Positions 15,001 to 28,909 of a stretch of 64,000 bases of DNA are shown one piece after another (within the stretch, counting starts at the first letter, position 1; every line of letters begins with the position of its first letter). The position numbers and the translations under genes are program-made. The notes beneath the pieces are model-generated. The model searched no databases, was not told the origin of the DNA, and saw nothing but the letters and a program-made list of their open reading frames with translations. Source of the stretch: Eledone cirrhosa (taxonomy: Eukaryota); the NCBI GenBank assembly GCA_964016885.1, contig OZ024741.1:406720001-406784000 (forward strand), in the 5' to 3' direction.

Positions 15001-16287
15001 ATAGAATGGTAGTGTGCTTAGAACGTCAGATAGAATTGGAAGAGTTGTTAAAACGTCAGATAGAATGGTAGAGTGGTTAGAACATCAGATAGAATTGGTA
15101 GAGTTGTTAGAACATCAGATAGAATGGTAGAGTGGGTAGAACGACAGATAGAATGACAGAGTGGTTAGAACGTCAGATATAATGATAGGTTGGTTAGAAC
15201 GGCTGATAGAATGGTAGAGTGGCTCGAACGTAGGATAGAATGGTAGATTCGTTAGAACGTCTGATAGAATGGTATAGATGTTATAACGTCTGATAGTATG
15301 GTAGAGTTGTTAGAACGTCTGATAGAATGGTAGAGATGTTAGAACGTCTGATAGAATGGTAGAGTGGTTAGAACGTCTGATAGAATGGTAGAGTAGTTAG
15401 AACGTCAGATAGAATGGTGAGAGTAGTTAGAACGTCAGATAGAATGGTAGAGTGGTTAGAACGTCAGATAGAATGACAGAGTGGTTAGAACGTCAGATAG
15501 AATGACAGAGTGGTTAGAACGTCAGATAGAATGGTAGAGTGGTTAGAACGTCTGATAGAATGGTGTAGTGGCTAGAACGTAAGATAGAATGGTAGTGTCG
15601 TTAGAACGTCAAATAGAATGGTAGAGTGGTTAGAACGTCAGATAGAATGGTAGAGTGGTTAGAACGTCAGATAGAATGGTAGAGTCGTTAGAATCTCTGA
15701 TAGAATGGTATAGTCGTTAGAACCTCTGATAGAATGGTAGAGTGTTTAGGACGTCAGATAGAATGATAGAGTGGTTAGAACGTTAGATAGAATGGTAGTC
15801 TGGTTAGAACGGCAGATAGAATGGTAGAGTGGTTAGAACATCAGATAGAATTGGTAGAGTTGTTAGAACGTCAGATAGAATGGTAGAGATGTTAGAACGT
15901 CTGATAGAATGGTGGAGATGTTAGAACGTCTGATAGAATGGTAGAGTGGTTAGAATGTCTGATAGAATGGTAGAGTAGTTAGAACGTCAGATAGAATGGT
16001 AGAGTAGTTAGAATGTCAGATAGAATGGTAGAGTAGTTAGTACCTGAGATAGAATGGTAGAGTGGGTAGAACGTCAGATAGAATGACAGAGTGGTTAGAA
16101 CGTCAGATAGAATGACAGAGTGGTTAGAACGTCAGATATAATGGAAGATTGGTTAGAACGTCTGATAGAATGGTAGAGTGGCTCGAACGTAAGATAGAAT
16201 GGTAGTGTCGTTAGAACGTCTGATAGAATGGTAGAGTGGTTAGAACGTCTGATAGAATGGTAGAGTGGTTAGAACGTCAGATAGAAT
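1..16287 (+). repeat. 29-bp satellite array (consensus GTCAGATAGAATGGTAGAGTGGTTAGAAC) with higher-order repeats; runs off the left edge of the window
   Basis: Continuous tandem monomers. Diagnostic variants recur at fixed spacing: AACCTTTGAT at 431 and 5234, AATTGCAAAG at 3571 and 8374 (period 4803). Sub-units start at 1, 2461, 4804, 7264 and 9607. Confidence 0.98.
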
Positions 16288-16328
16288 TCTTTGTAGTGTC
16301 CATTCCGGCTCTGAGTTCAAATATATTT

Positions 16329-16842
<514 letters not shown>

Positions 16843-17402
16843 CTCAAAGAAGGGAATCTTTCCGAGCCGTGTAATATAATTGGATATATGAGAGGGATGA
16901 ACACATATACAAGTATACATGTGTTCCAATTGAAAATGACCAAGTTAGCTAGGTTGAAAAATACTAATTTAAAACAATATGGTTTGCCTGTCTCGATTTA
17001 AAGTAATAAATCAATAAAAATAATAAACGAATATCGAACAACAGCCTTTGATACCTGGACAGATCAAAATCTGTTCCGCAAGAATTATTAAGTGAAAGCC
17101 ACAATTCCTGTGCTTTTCTGCGGGTATCCAGGAAATTCGTACCTTTCACTTCAAAGGATCTAAGAAGACTGAACTATGTGCTGATATAAACGCACATGTC
17201 GCAGCGCCTAGCGCGTCTCATACTCATGCCGCTAAAAATAGCAGCCGCGTTTATGAGACTAAAGTTAGCTCTACGTAAGGAGCCGAGAATATCATAGATT
17301 GAGTTAGAAACTCAAAATAGTCTTTTACAATTAAATACCTCAAAGAAGGGAATATATATATATACATGTGTGTGTGTGTATGTGTGTGTGTACACACACA
17401 AT

Positions 17403-17449
<47 letters not shown>

Positions 17450-17499
17450 GTGTGTGTATGTGTGTGTGTGCACACACAATTATATATATATATATATAT

Positions 17500-17665
17500 A
17501 TTTGGAAAAAAGGAAAAGAATGACTTCATCTTGATTTGATTTTATAATATTATAGATATTATATTATAAAATTAAATCAAATTGTTTAACACTACAAGTG
17601 CAGTCATTCTTTTCCTTTTTTTCAATTATACCTAACTGTACCAAGGATTTCACACATTTTCCTAT
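17500..17665. repeat. Small imperfect fold-back element between (TA)n tracts
   Basis: GGAAAAAAGGAAAAGAATGACT..TTGATTTGATTTTATAATAT pairs with ATATTATAAAATTAAATCAA..AGTCATTCTTTTCCTTTTTT, followed by an unpaired tail of about 40 bp and (TA)n. Confidence 0.65.
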
Positions 17666-17787
17666 ATATATATATAGTTACAGCATTACTCAACAGAGTA
17701 CTCGATACTTGGTGTAGAATATGAGTATATTGTGAATAGTTAGTACCCAACAGCAAGAGTTCAGCCGTCGAGTCATAACTCTTTATG

Positions 17788-17819
<32 letters not shown>

Positions 17820-18181
17820 ATGTGTGTATGTGTGTGTGCGTGTGTGTTAGATAGGTGTGTAACAACAGTTACAGGCGGCGCACCTTTCGAAGAACCCAAG
17901 TTTAGATCTGTCTTTGTACATATAAGCTCGCCTATCTGCCGAGATGTCGAAAAAGAGTCCGGACCTGTCACCTTGATTGTACCCTGAGCTTATCATTATC
18001 GAAACAATTCTGATATGCAAGTTTCTACATATGCTGCAACACTGACTTCGGCTCTCTCTCTCACTCTATCTATCTATCTATATCTCTCTCTCTATCTATC
18101 TATCTCCCTCTCTCTCACTCACTCTCTCTCTATCTATCTATCTCCCTCTCTCTCTCAATCTCTCTCTCTTTATATATATAT

Positions 18182-18885
18182 ATACAAAATTTAGTACAGC
18201 ATAAACGAAGCTCTGGCAGCAGCTAAGCTAACGAATGCAATCGGGGTGTGCAGCTAAGCACTCAATAAGGTATATTACCTTAGAGTTATAACATTACGTT
18301 TAGACAGCTTTGCAAATTGAAGACAGCGACCGATAGACGAGCCGCAGTGACCAAAACGACGAAAAAAAACTGGACTCAGGAAAATATGACAAACCTGGAC
18401 CATCGCGTTGATACTATATATAACATATCATATATAATACATAATATATATAACATATAATATACAATATCTCCGCTAGGTTTCTGTAATTCCGAAATCA
18501 ACAAAATCCAGTTGCAGAGGCCTGCAAGTTATTGGTTTTGGAAGATAGAACAGTGGAATTTACTTCGTCAACAAGTTTTCGTTCTAGTCCGCCCCAGTTG
18601 TGAATATTAGCAGTAAACACGGCTAGTAGTCACATGCTTTTCCCGAAGGGAGGTAACCCCCGGATTTGGCGGTCAAATTCAAAATTTGAACAAAGGAATA
18701 AATTCCCTTACACAAACCGAATAAAGTACTCATCTAGATGTTATTAAACAAACACAAACAATTAACCAATCAATAGAATTGTCTAATTAAATTAATCAAT
18801 TAATCATTAAGTCTAGGAGATAATAATACAAAATTTAGTACAGCATAAACGAAGCTCTGGCAGCAGCTAAGCTAACGAATGCAAT
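18182..18885. repeat. Direct repeat of about 59 bp (18182-18241 and 18826-18885) bracketing about 590 bp of unique sequence
   Basis: TACAAAATTTAGTACAGCATAAACGAAGCTCTGGCAGCAGCTAAGCTAACGAATGCAAT occurs twice. Confidence 0.85.
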
Positions 18886-19341
18886 AGAGTTCCTTACAGT
18901 AAATTATTTCTTAGCTGCATTAACTTTTCTATAGCTTCACACTTTTAAGAGTTATTGGAGATATGCAAACTATCGTACATAAATATGCATGCTAGGTATA
19001 AATAGAACAGGTGAACACGATATCTGTGAACTCATAAAACTGAAAATAAAGTGCTTTGCATCAATTCATAAGCTCATAGTAATAATATAGTACAGAAATT
19101 GTTAAGAAGCTTATAAATAAGAATGTAGAGTCGATAAAGCCGCTCACAAACTTGTCACTAATCATCAATGTTGTTTACAATTTCTTCTCCAAAGGTAATA
19201 CTGATTAATTCCATGGCTCTGCTACTTCCATTGGTCAGAAATGGAAGAGATTTTAGCCGCCGACTCACTGTGTGTTCCAAACTAAGGGCAATTCTGATGC
19301 TCTACGGCGAAATGCTGAAAAGTTCCTGGTTTCGGGTATCT

Positions 19342-19450
<109 letters not shown>

Positions 19451-20269
19451 GACAGGGGGGAAGAAAAAATGGCTTCACTTGTGCTTTCAACAAATTTATT
19501 TTCTTCACAAAATCCAAAAAGAATTTTTTTCCGGATTAGAAAAAATGTTTTTCCTTAAAAAAATGATTTTATAAATTAAGTTGTTGGTTGTTGGTTAGGT
19601 CTTAGGAGTTCTTGGTTAACGTAGGAGGTATTGTTTCGTTTTTAGAACGACCTTTCACGCTGAGGTGCGCTTGTCAAACTGATGTGTATGTGGTGTGTTG
19701 TTTTATATATAGGGATTTAACATGTCTGTGGTGTGGTGGGTTTTTTCTCCCCCTTTAATAAGTGTATGGGTGTAGGTGTGTTGAAAAAGTGTTAATAGCA
19801 GTAATGAGTTGAGACGGTGAGTAGGGTTGGGTGGCGAGAAATGTAGCAAGTGCGGCCTGCCCCGGTCATTCTCGAAAAATTCCTTTATTCAGGGGAAAAA
19901 GCTTTTAGTATTCCTTTGTGTTGAGAATGGTCACAGGCAAATCGCACCTGCCAAGTTTGTAAACAATTATTTTTTTCTGAAGAATTTTTCTACGTCCATT
20001 CCAAAATTAGTCCTTTGTTCAACACACACATATATGCGTATATACGTACATACACACACGGGCATATGTAGGAATATATAGGCACACACCATCAATCACA
20101 CACCCATGTACATATACATCCACATACATACACAAAAACATATAAAGACACATATAAAAACACATATACACATACGTACACACACGAATATGTACTCATA
20201 CCTCCACATGGGTATATATATATATACACATACATACATATACATATGTGTGTATCTGGCATGTATAGA

Positions 20270-21294
20270 TAGTCTGATTGAGTTTAAACCCCTTCTAAAT
20301 GGACTCAATACAAACTTACAATTTACAATAGATTACAGCCATGAACAACTCCCTTTCCTCGACATCCTAATCAAGAAAACAAACAACAAAATAGAAACAG
20401 ACATATACTACAAACCCACAGACTCCAAGCAATATCTTACATTTAACTCGTGCCACCCTCGCCATACCAAAATGGCAATTCCTTATCACCTAGCCAGAAG
20501 GATCTGCACAATAGTTTCAGATAAATACACATGCTACACACGACTAGAAGAATTAAAGAACACACTTATCAGCAGAAACTACCCACCATCCCTAATCAAC
20601 AATGGATTCCAACGTGCCCTAAAACTCAACATCCAGGAACTCAGACATCCCAAACCCAGGAATGAACCGCAACAGAAAACACTACCATACATCTCAACAT
20701 ACAACCCCCTCAAGAATGAGGCATTCGACACCACCCTCCAGAATATTCCTTTACTAAAAAGAGACCCAAGAATGAACAAAATCCTCCAAACACACAACAT
20801 CATAAAGAGTAAAAGACAACCTAAATCCATAAAAAACATCCTCACACAAGCCAAAATCCAACCAACCCTCACAATGAACCCTACAGTAAAAAAATGCGGA
20901 AGGCCCAACTGTGGTATATGCATAAATCTAATAGAAGGTTCAACATGCCATTTTAAACAAGGACAACATTTCACAGTTAAACATAACTTTACATGTGCAT
21001 CTGAAAACCTAATCTATGTTTTGACCTGCTCAGGTTGTCAAGAGCACTACATAGGACAGCCTCCGACAACGTATGACCGTCCATAGATCACAAATCAAAA
21101 TACAGGAATACAGAAAGATTGTTTTAGTGAACATATCGCCAATTGTACACCTAACCAACATCCAAACTTTAAAATTTTTCCCCATTTACAAATTCATAGA
21201 CAACGCTTCTTTCATCCATCGTACCAATAAGGAAACGTACGTCATTAACAAATTCCAACCTCTACTTAATGGACTAAACTTCGGACTAAACTAA
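20270..21294 (+). mobile_element. 5'-truncated Penelope-like element (Neptune-like): RT C-terminus/thumb, Cys linker and GIY-YIG endonuclease; frameshifted near 21060
   Basis: LQFTIDYSHEQLPFLDILI, IYYKPTDSKQYL..SCHP, CGRPNCGIC, NLIYVLTCSGCQEHYIGQ. The N-terminal part of the supplied ORF is only microsatellite. Confidence 0.9.
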
Positions 21295-22461
21295 AACTGG
21301 AACGAACAATGAACCAAAACCAAATTCCTATGTTCTCTAAAGAGTTACCTCCCCTACACCCTACACCCTACCTAATCCTTTTTCTTATATAAATGAATTA
21401 CCCCCTCTCATTTCTCTCTCCCCTACCTGACCACCCTGAATTAGCTCTCCCTGCATATTAACTCTCTAAAAAGGGAAATCATATCAAACCCCAGACTACC
21501 ATTTGCCTTCATTATTGATCAACTAAGCGCTCTTGCCATAACACATTTTGAACTGCTTATTCTCAAGAACTATGCCTGTAAATAATATTATGTTTTCATT
21601 CCCATTACCTTATGTTCCACATCACCCCTTTTTTTTTCTTTTTACTTCAAAAACCTTGTTTGTAAATAACATTCTTTCTTCCCCATTTCCTTAACATGTT
21701 CAACATCACCAACACTTTACACCAATACAAATTCCCTGCTTTGATAATACATAAAATGCTGAAACCAGTAATAGACAATTATTATATATATAAATAAATA
21801 AATAAATGCCATTGTTAATTAATAAATAAATTAACTAATACCTTAGCACTTCACACAAAGTAAAATATTTTGTTTTAAACATTTTCTAACCCTGAAAAAA
21901 GAGAAAAAAATAAAAGGAAAAAAATTTTTTTTTTTCCCTAATAATCGTCTTTTTCGCCCTATTTTCATATATAATATAATATATAATAATTTTTTTTATA
22001 TTTGTATCGACCTTCAGTCTGACACTGCTTTGACTTTATACACTCCCTTCCCTGTATATATCATGTATGTGGTTGCGCGTGTGTGTATGTTTATACGCGT
22101 GAGTCCTTTCATACTTGTATGTGTATATATTTCAATCCTTAGTCCCTGAGTCTGTATGTACGCTAACTCCATTATCTTACAATTCTTTTTTCAACATATA
22201 TTATATACGTAATTGTGGTCACACATACACTGATATGCTTGCCCTCATGTATGTACTTACGCCCACATTTTTTCACTATACCCCTGCATTTGTACATACA
22301 CACACATGTACATTTGTAAGTGCATATACACACATTTATACTTATATTTCTTTATTTTAATTTTTTATACATCTCTTGTATTATTACTTTTATTTATTTT
22401 GTTTGCCCGTTAAACTTTTGCCTTTCTTGAGGAGATTTTTCAAATATTTCACTATGTTTTA

Positions 22462-22539
22462 AATTGCCTTGTCTGACGAACGAATGCGGACGTTTCTTGT
22501 ATTCGTCTTATTCGGGAAACCTCTGGTAATGAGGTAATT
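22462..22539 (+). ncRNA. Type I hammerhead ribozyme motif (PLE-type)
   Basis: Stem I AAUUGCCUUGU/AUGAGGUAAUU; core CUGACGA; stem II ACGAAUGC/GUAUUCGU followed by a 9-nt insertion; GAAAC-CUCUG-GUA. Confidence 0.7.
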
Positions 22540-22565
22540 ATACTGTATTGTTTATTATACATTAA

Positions 22566-22640
<75 letters not shown>

Positions 22641-22989
22641 AATATATATATATATATATACATATTTGTGTGTGTGAGTTATGTTAGGTTCTTTACCAGT
22701 GGATGGAACTATTGGTTCTGGCTGGTAAATCATGATGCAACAAATTAATTAAAGCACTCAACGTTATGTAAGTCATCCATCGTAGATGTGGTATCCAGTG
22801 GTGCAGGAATGGAGTAAAGTATTTATTAAAACCATAGAAGGCCAGGCTGGAATATTTATATATTTAAATATTCGTTAACAATTTAGAGACTTCAGGGCAA
22901 CAAGAAGTGGTCCATCGTTCCCTTAATTCTCTAGAATCCTGAACAACCCGCTGGAAGGAGTACTTGAGCATGTTGTTCACCGCCCTTAT

Positions 22990-23186
22990 AATAATTGTTT
23001 CTACTTTTGACACAAGGCCAGCAATTATATCAGTGCATTACTGGTATTTTTTTCTATCGACCCCTTCAGGATGAAAGGAAAAGTTAACTTCGGCGGGATT
23101 TGAACTCAGAATGGCAAGGGCCGTAACTCTATGCGTCAAAGCATGATGTCCGACCCTCTAACGATTCTGCAAATCCACCACCCTTA
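22990..23186 (-). mobile_element. tRNA-derived SINE (family A)
   Basis: Minus strand reads GCAGAATCGTTAGAGGGTCGGAC..TTCTGAGTTCAAATCCCGCCGAAGTTAAC..CTTTCATCC..GGCCTTGTGTCAAAAGTAGAAAC, matching other copies in the window. Confidence 0.85.
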
Positions 23187-23188
23187 TA

Positions 23189-23242
<54 letters not shown>

Positions 23243-23496
23243 TTTCATTTATTGGCCACAAGGGCCGACATATAGGGGACAATACAAAAGACTGGGACAG
23301 TGGGGTTTTACAGAGAAATCGAGTAAACAATATGAATCACAATAACAAAGTAACAAGAAAACTACAACAAGAAAAAATTCCACAATAAGGAGGATGACCA
23401 CCCAGGGTTCGCTCAGGAACCCCACCAATCCTGAACGACCAGACGCTTCGAGAGCACCCTGGAACGGCACCCCCTCTCCTCCTCAAATTTACCTAC

Positions 23497-26400
23497 CTAC
23501 AGCCGCATGACCAGAGTAGGCCCACTCACACGGGCCATTCTCGCCACATTCACCCACCTTTCAGAAAATGTACTGGGGAGCAGCACTTCTTTCTCCACCC
23601 TCACCTTCCTTTCCAAGTGAAACTTGAAAAAGTTGATGAGGGATTGGCCGAAGAGAAAAGTGTCTGTCTTCAGTGCTTTCAACCTCGTCCACCATACAAC
23701 CTCTTTCGCTACTGCCACCAGACAGAAGAAAATTGCCTGCCCTTCCTGGCCAAAAGAAGGCGGCGAGTCGATCTTCACTATGGACTCGGCCGATAGCCGG
23801 ATCCGTTCTACACGCGACAACAGCTGTTCAACATAACTCCACAAGTCAGTAATGCACGGACACTGGATGAGTGCGTGCAGAACGGTTTCGTCGCTCTGCG
23901 CGCATCTCGGGCAGGTCCGTCTGACAGCACTTCCGTGCCTGTAGAGTTTATCTCGAACCGGCAGTACCCCCCGGTAGCACTGCCAAGCGAGGGATTTTGG
24001 GAAATTATCCATCGTCCCCGGGTCGAAAGTCCTCCGGTACAGACTGGTTAGTTCGACTTCGTTAACTCCCAGAGCCTCTCCGAGTGCGTCGTCGCACTTG
24101 CCCACCACTAATCCTCTATAGAACTCGAGAGTGGAAGTTCCACTGACCGCATTGCCCACCTGGTAGAGGGCAGTGAGTGCCTGGCAACATTCCAGATGCC
24201 AGTCACCCAGTCTCGGTCTCTTTTTGACCCAGGACTGCAACTCAGTCAAAGAAACGAGCTGCGGAAAGGCCCGTCTGACAAACGGCGACCACACCTGTTC
24301 ACCGTTTAGGCAGAATATCTGGAGATGCCGCAGCCTCAGCGCGTGCCTGCGCATCATTAGCCACGGCATGCCCAGCCCTCCACGAAGAGGGTGCTGGCAG
24401 CAGATGGACCTCCTCACCAGCGGAACCTGACCCCTCCACAAGAATTTGAAGAGGAGCCGCTCCAAGATGGCGAGGCGCGAAGGGGGCAAGGGACGACAGT
24501 CAGACGGTAATAGATGACGGACGCGATGTACGCGTTCGCCACTTCCGCCCGACCTTTCAGTGATAGCTTCATCCCAGCCCATTTCTGGGTGAGACTGACT
24601 ACCCTGCCCGTCACCTCGTCCCAATTCTTATCCACCTGGGGGTCTGGCCCGAACCAAACCCCTAGCAACTGTCTGTCCAGCGCCTAACGACGCTGTTGGA
24701 CGGCATGGACTTGCCTCTCCAGGTGCCGAGTTGCAAGCCCACCGACTTTGCCGAGTTAAGTTTTGCTCCCGTCAACCTTTCATATTCCTCCAATAAGTTG
24801 CCGACCACCTCGATTTCTGAGGTGTCCGACACCATCACGGAGATGTCGTCCGCATAAGCCGACACAGCCTTTCCGCGTCCCGGTTCGAGCGGGATGCCCT
24901 GCAACAGCTCCAGCTTCCGCAGTAAAGGCTCAAGAGTCAATACGTACAGAAGGAAGGAGAGAGGGCACTCTTGACGGACCGATCGGGAGACCTGAAACGG
25001 TTCCGAGAGGTGGCCATTAATTTTGACCATCGAGCAGGTTCCGCTGTGCATTGCAGCGATCCAGCTTCTGAAGACGGGGCCGAAGCCAGCCGCCTTGAGG
25101 ACAGCCTCCAGGTACCGATGGTCGACCCTATCAAATGCTTTCGATTGATCTAAATTGATCAGAGCACCACCGAAGTCAGGTTTACACCCTACCCTCTCTA
25201 TGATGTATCGCATTAGGTGGAGGTTGTCTTGTATGGACCTGGTTGGGATTGCGCAAGTTTGCGCCTCCCCAACCAAATCCCCGACGACAAGCGCCAACCT
25301 CTTCGCTAACACCCTGGCCAAAATCTTAAACTCTGTGTTGAGCAGAGTTATGGCCCTGAAATTGTCTAATGTGTCCCTCTTGTTCTCGTCTTTCCTTATC
25401 AGCGTCACTACGCCCCGGCTCACAGAACTGGGAATACTCCCGTTTTGCTGCCAGTTGCAGTAGAGGGCTTCGAGGAGATTGGAGAACAAGTCTGGCATAT
25501 TTACGTAAAGCTCGTAGGGCAGACCATCCAAACCGGGTGACTTGCGCCTCATGCAGTCGACAAGGGCATCCTGAATCTCGGCTGAAGTAATTGGCTTTTC
25601 GCAGCGCCCAGCGTCAGCCGTCGAGAGTTGCGGCAAGTAATCGAGGTAGGGACTGAAGTCCGCCTCCATCTCTGACTCGCCACTTCCCCCGAACAACCGA
25701 GCAAAATGTTGGCGAAAGGCCTCACACATCCTCTTGGAATCGCTCAGCTCGTGCCCGTCTCGGTCCGTCAAAGACCGAATCGTGGTTTTATTTCCAAGCT
25801 GCGCCTCTGCCACGCGGGCCCATCGAACATCTTTGGTTCCCTCGTTTCTCAGAGCACGCGCCTTAGCTCTGACAATGCAACCTTCGTGTTTCGCATTGAA
25901 GAAATGGTCTAATGCCATTCTCGCCGCTAGCACATCAGTTGCAATGCCACTACCAATAGCCTCGTCTAACTTATCTACCAACTCCCCCTCCTTTCTATTT
26001 TTCTCTAATGCTACTTCTTTGCTAAACTCTATCGATATTACTCTAATCTCTCTTTTGAGAGCCCCCCACCATCTATTGTTGACGACTCCCCCTGTCAACT
26101 TTTTCTTAACTAAATTGTTGACCTGGTCCCTGTAAGCCTTACGTGCCGGAAATGACATGTTTAGCTTCCAGTAACCAGGTCCTAACATACTCGTCTTATC
26201 TAGGTCGACCATACAGATCACAAACTTGTGATCTGAATAGGCGACCGTTTCAAAACGTGGACAGCTTACACTATTTTTGTCTATTTTCCTAATGAATATC
26301 CTGTCTATATACGATCTAGATGACCCTATGCGGTTAGCTCAGGTCCACACTGGCGCATTAGGGAAATCTAGTCGGTACCTGTCAGACAGTTGAAACTGGC

Positions 26401-26907
26401 TGATCAGGTTCTTGAGGCTTTTGCACCCCCCGCTCCTATCGGATACTCCCACACAGTCCCAGCGTGCGTCTAAGGTGCCGTTCCAGTCCCCACTAACAGT
26501 AAAGAGCGAGACGTACCCAGAAAGGGTTCCAGGCGTCTAAAGAAGTCCGGCCGTCCTGCCCCAGTAGGAGCATAGACGGCCACCAGTCTAAAGGCACCAC
26601 CTTCGTTATTGTTCACGTCCAGGACCACCAACTTCCCGTCCGGGTCCCGGAAGATCGACCTTACCTCGAGATCCAGGCCTTTCCTAAACAGCACTGCCAC
26701 CCCGCCTCCCATTCCCGGCTGGCTAACAGATGCAAAGATCTGATAGTCGTCGAAAATGGGGGCTAGTGCGCGCGTGTCGGAAATCCTGGTCTCGCTGACT
26801 GCAATTACATCCATTTCTATAGACCTGAGGTCGTTGGGCAGGTGACCCTGCTTCCAGGACGATCCCAGGCCTCGAACATTTAAACATCTTACTCTTAATA
26901 CGGCCAT
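23497..26907 (-). pseudogene. Tx1-like ORF2 (APE endonuclease, reverse transcriptase, Cys-rich C-terminus), split by frameshifts
   Basis: LNVRGL..SETR..VYAP (26470-26907); KSPGLDGLPYE, DQSKAFDRV, SVRQECPLS, AYADD (24662-26221); CPRC..ETVLHALIQC (23497-24624). Confidence 0.92.
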
Positions 26908-26938
26908 GTTGTCAGGTTAAACAGAGAGAGAGGAAGGT

Positions 26939-28909
26939 TTACTTACCTTCCGGGCTCTTGTGAAGGTCGGGTTGTTCGACCTCCATAGTTAGTGGGGTTT
27001 CTTTTGGGAACCCCTTTAAAAGTTTTGAAGTGGGTTTTACGTTCGGGGTTCCCACGTCCCGAGGAAAGCTGTCTCGTATTTCTTTGAATATGTCGAGCGA
27101 CATTCGCACCAGAACCAAATCTTCCGGCACGCGAAATGTGCTCGATTTAAACATTTCCCCCTCTTTTTGTATATTTTCACTTCGTGCTACGAGGGCCATC
27201 AGTTCCTTGTTGGCCCTCCTGACAAGCACGAAGTTTTGTATGTTTTGTTGGTGTGATTTTATTTGTTTGCGTGGCTGTGGTGGTGATGGTTTTGGTGGTG
27301 TTGTTTCGGTTGTATCTGTGTTTGTTGTGAGTGCGGTGTCTGTGGTTTCAGATGTTTGTGTGTATATTTGTTCTTGCGTCTGTTTAGGTTGTTTGCGTTT
27401 GGGGGATTCTGGTGATGGTGATGGTGGTGTTGATGTTGGTGTTATTGGAGAGCTGTTTGCGTGGGTGGTGTCTGCGTTTTTTATTGTGGGTGCTTTTGTG
27501 CTTTGTTGAGTTTTTTTTTCTTTTTGTGTTTCCTTTTTTGTATTTTGGGGGATTTTGGATTTCCCTCATCTTCACTACTGGTAGATGAGGGGTCTTTGTC
27601 TGTAAGTGTGTTTGTATGTATGTTTAAGGTTTTATTGGTGTGTGTATTTGGGGGGGGGGGGGAATTTGACAGCTTTCCTCGTTTCCCCCCTGGGTGGTCA
27701 ATGTTGGTGGTGTTTTTTCTATTGGTGTTGTTGTTGTTGGTGGTTTTGCCGGTGCAGGTGTTGGTTGTGGTCCTCGCCCCGGCGTCGGCAGCAGTGGAGC
27801 CTTTCGACCCCTTGCCTCTTTCAGCAGCTGAGGGCAGAAGGCTCGTAAATGGGTTTTTTTTTCCACAAACAAAACACTGCGGCCTTTTGCCTTCGGTCAT
27901 AATGTGAATGACAGTCCCATTCTGAAGTCGGATATGGTCTGGGATTGTCTTCACGTTCTCGGGCCTGATCTGGAGAAGGATCTCCAGGTCAACCCTGGAC
28001 CAGTCCTCTCTGGCCGTTCTGGTCACTTCTATAGGGACTGTATCCGTCCCCTCCACAATCACACATCCCAGAAGCCACCACATGTCAAGTCCTGGTGGGA
28101 TTCTGGGAATGCGGAGACGGGCCGTTCTTTTTCCCATGTGGGAGGGGTACATTATGACCTTGCTGGTTTTGCAAGGAGTCATGGCGTGTTTCATCGCGAG
28201 GGCTTCTGACTTGAACAACACCGAAATGGTGCCGTACTGTCTGCCCCTCTCTATGTACTGGGTGTCTTCTCTGATGCACCTCAGCGCGACTTCGATATCT
28301 TCTTGTGTGATTAACGCTGCCCTTTTGGTTTGTGCTGAGATGCATCTATAATGCACCGTTCTGCGCTCCACTGCCTCAATAGCTTCTACCGGGACAGTTA
28401 AGTTGGCCCAAGTTTGCTCTTGCTTGATTAGCTTCCATGCCTGGACCAACTTTTTATCTTTGTTTGAGAGGTCCATGTTGAAGCATGGCCTCTTTTTTGC
28501 TGCTGCCGCAGCGAAAGTGGTCTTGTTGGGGGTGTTGTTGACGTTGTTCTTGTTGGTGTTGTTGTTAGCACTGTCGCTGTTATCATTGTTGTCTTTGTTG
28601 CCACCGTTGTTCTCGGTGCAGTTGGTATTGTTGCTGTTGGTGTTGTCGCTATTTGTTTTCATGTTAGTGGTGTTGATATTGTTGTATTTGTTATTTTTTT
28701 TTTTTGTTATCTGTATTTTCGTTGTCGCTGTTACTGTCATTTTTTTCAAAATTAGAGTTCTTATTGGTATCATTGGTGTCTTTGTTTACCTTGTTTGTGG
28801 TGGTGTTTGTGTTATCAATGTGTGTTAATTTCGCTGTAGCGCTCCTCTCAACTTCTACGTCGTTGTCGCACAACAGCCGAAATATCGCTGGGGGGCGTGG
28901 CTCAGCCAT
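26939..28909 (-). pseudogene. Tx1-like ORF1 (gag-like: Asn-rich N-terminus, RRM-like core, zinc-knuckle remnant), frameshifted
   Basis: Consecutive minus-strand ORFs 28691-28909, 27481-28773 (CFVCGKK), 27384-27575 and 26939-27229 lie immediately upstream of ORF2. Confidence 0.75.

Noticed and set aside
1-16287. CRISPR array or telomeric repeat (29-bp period; monomer contains GGTTAG, a permutation of TTAGGG)
   Set aside because: No unique spacers or cas genes, and the context is eukaryotic. There is only one telomere-like hexamer per monomer, and it is explained by the SINE A-box region.
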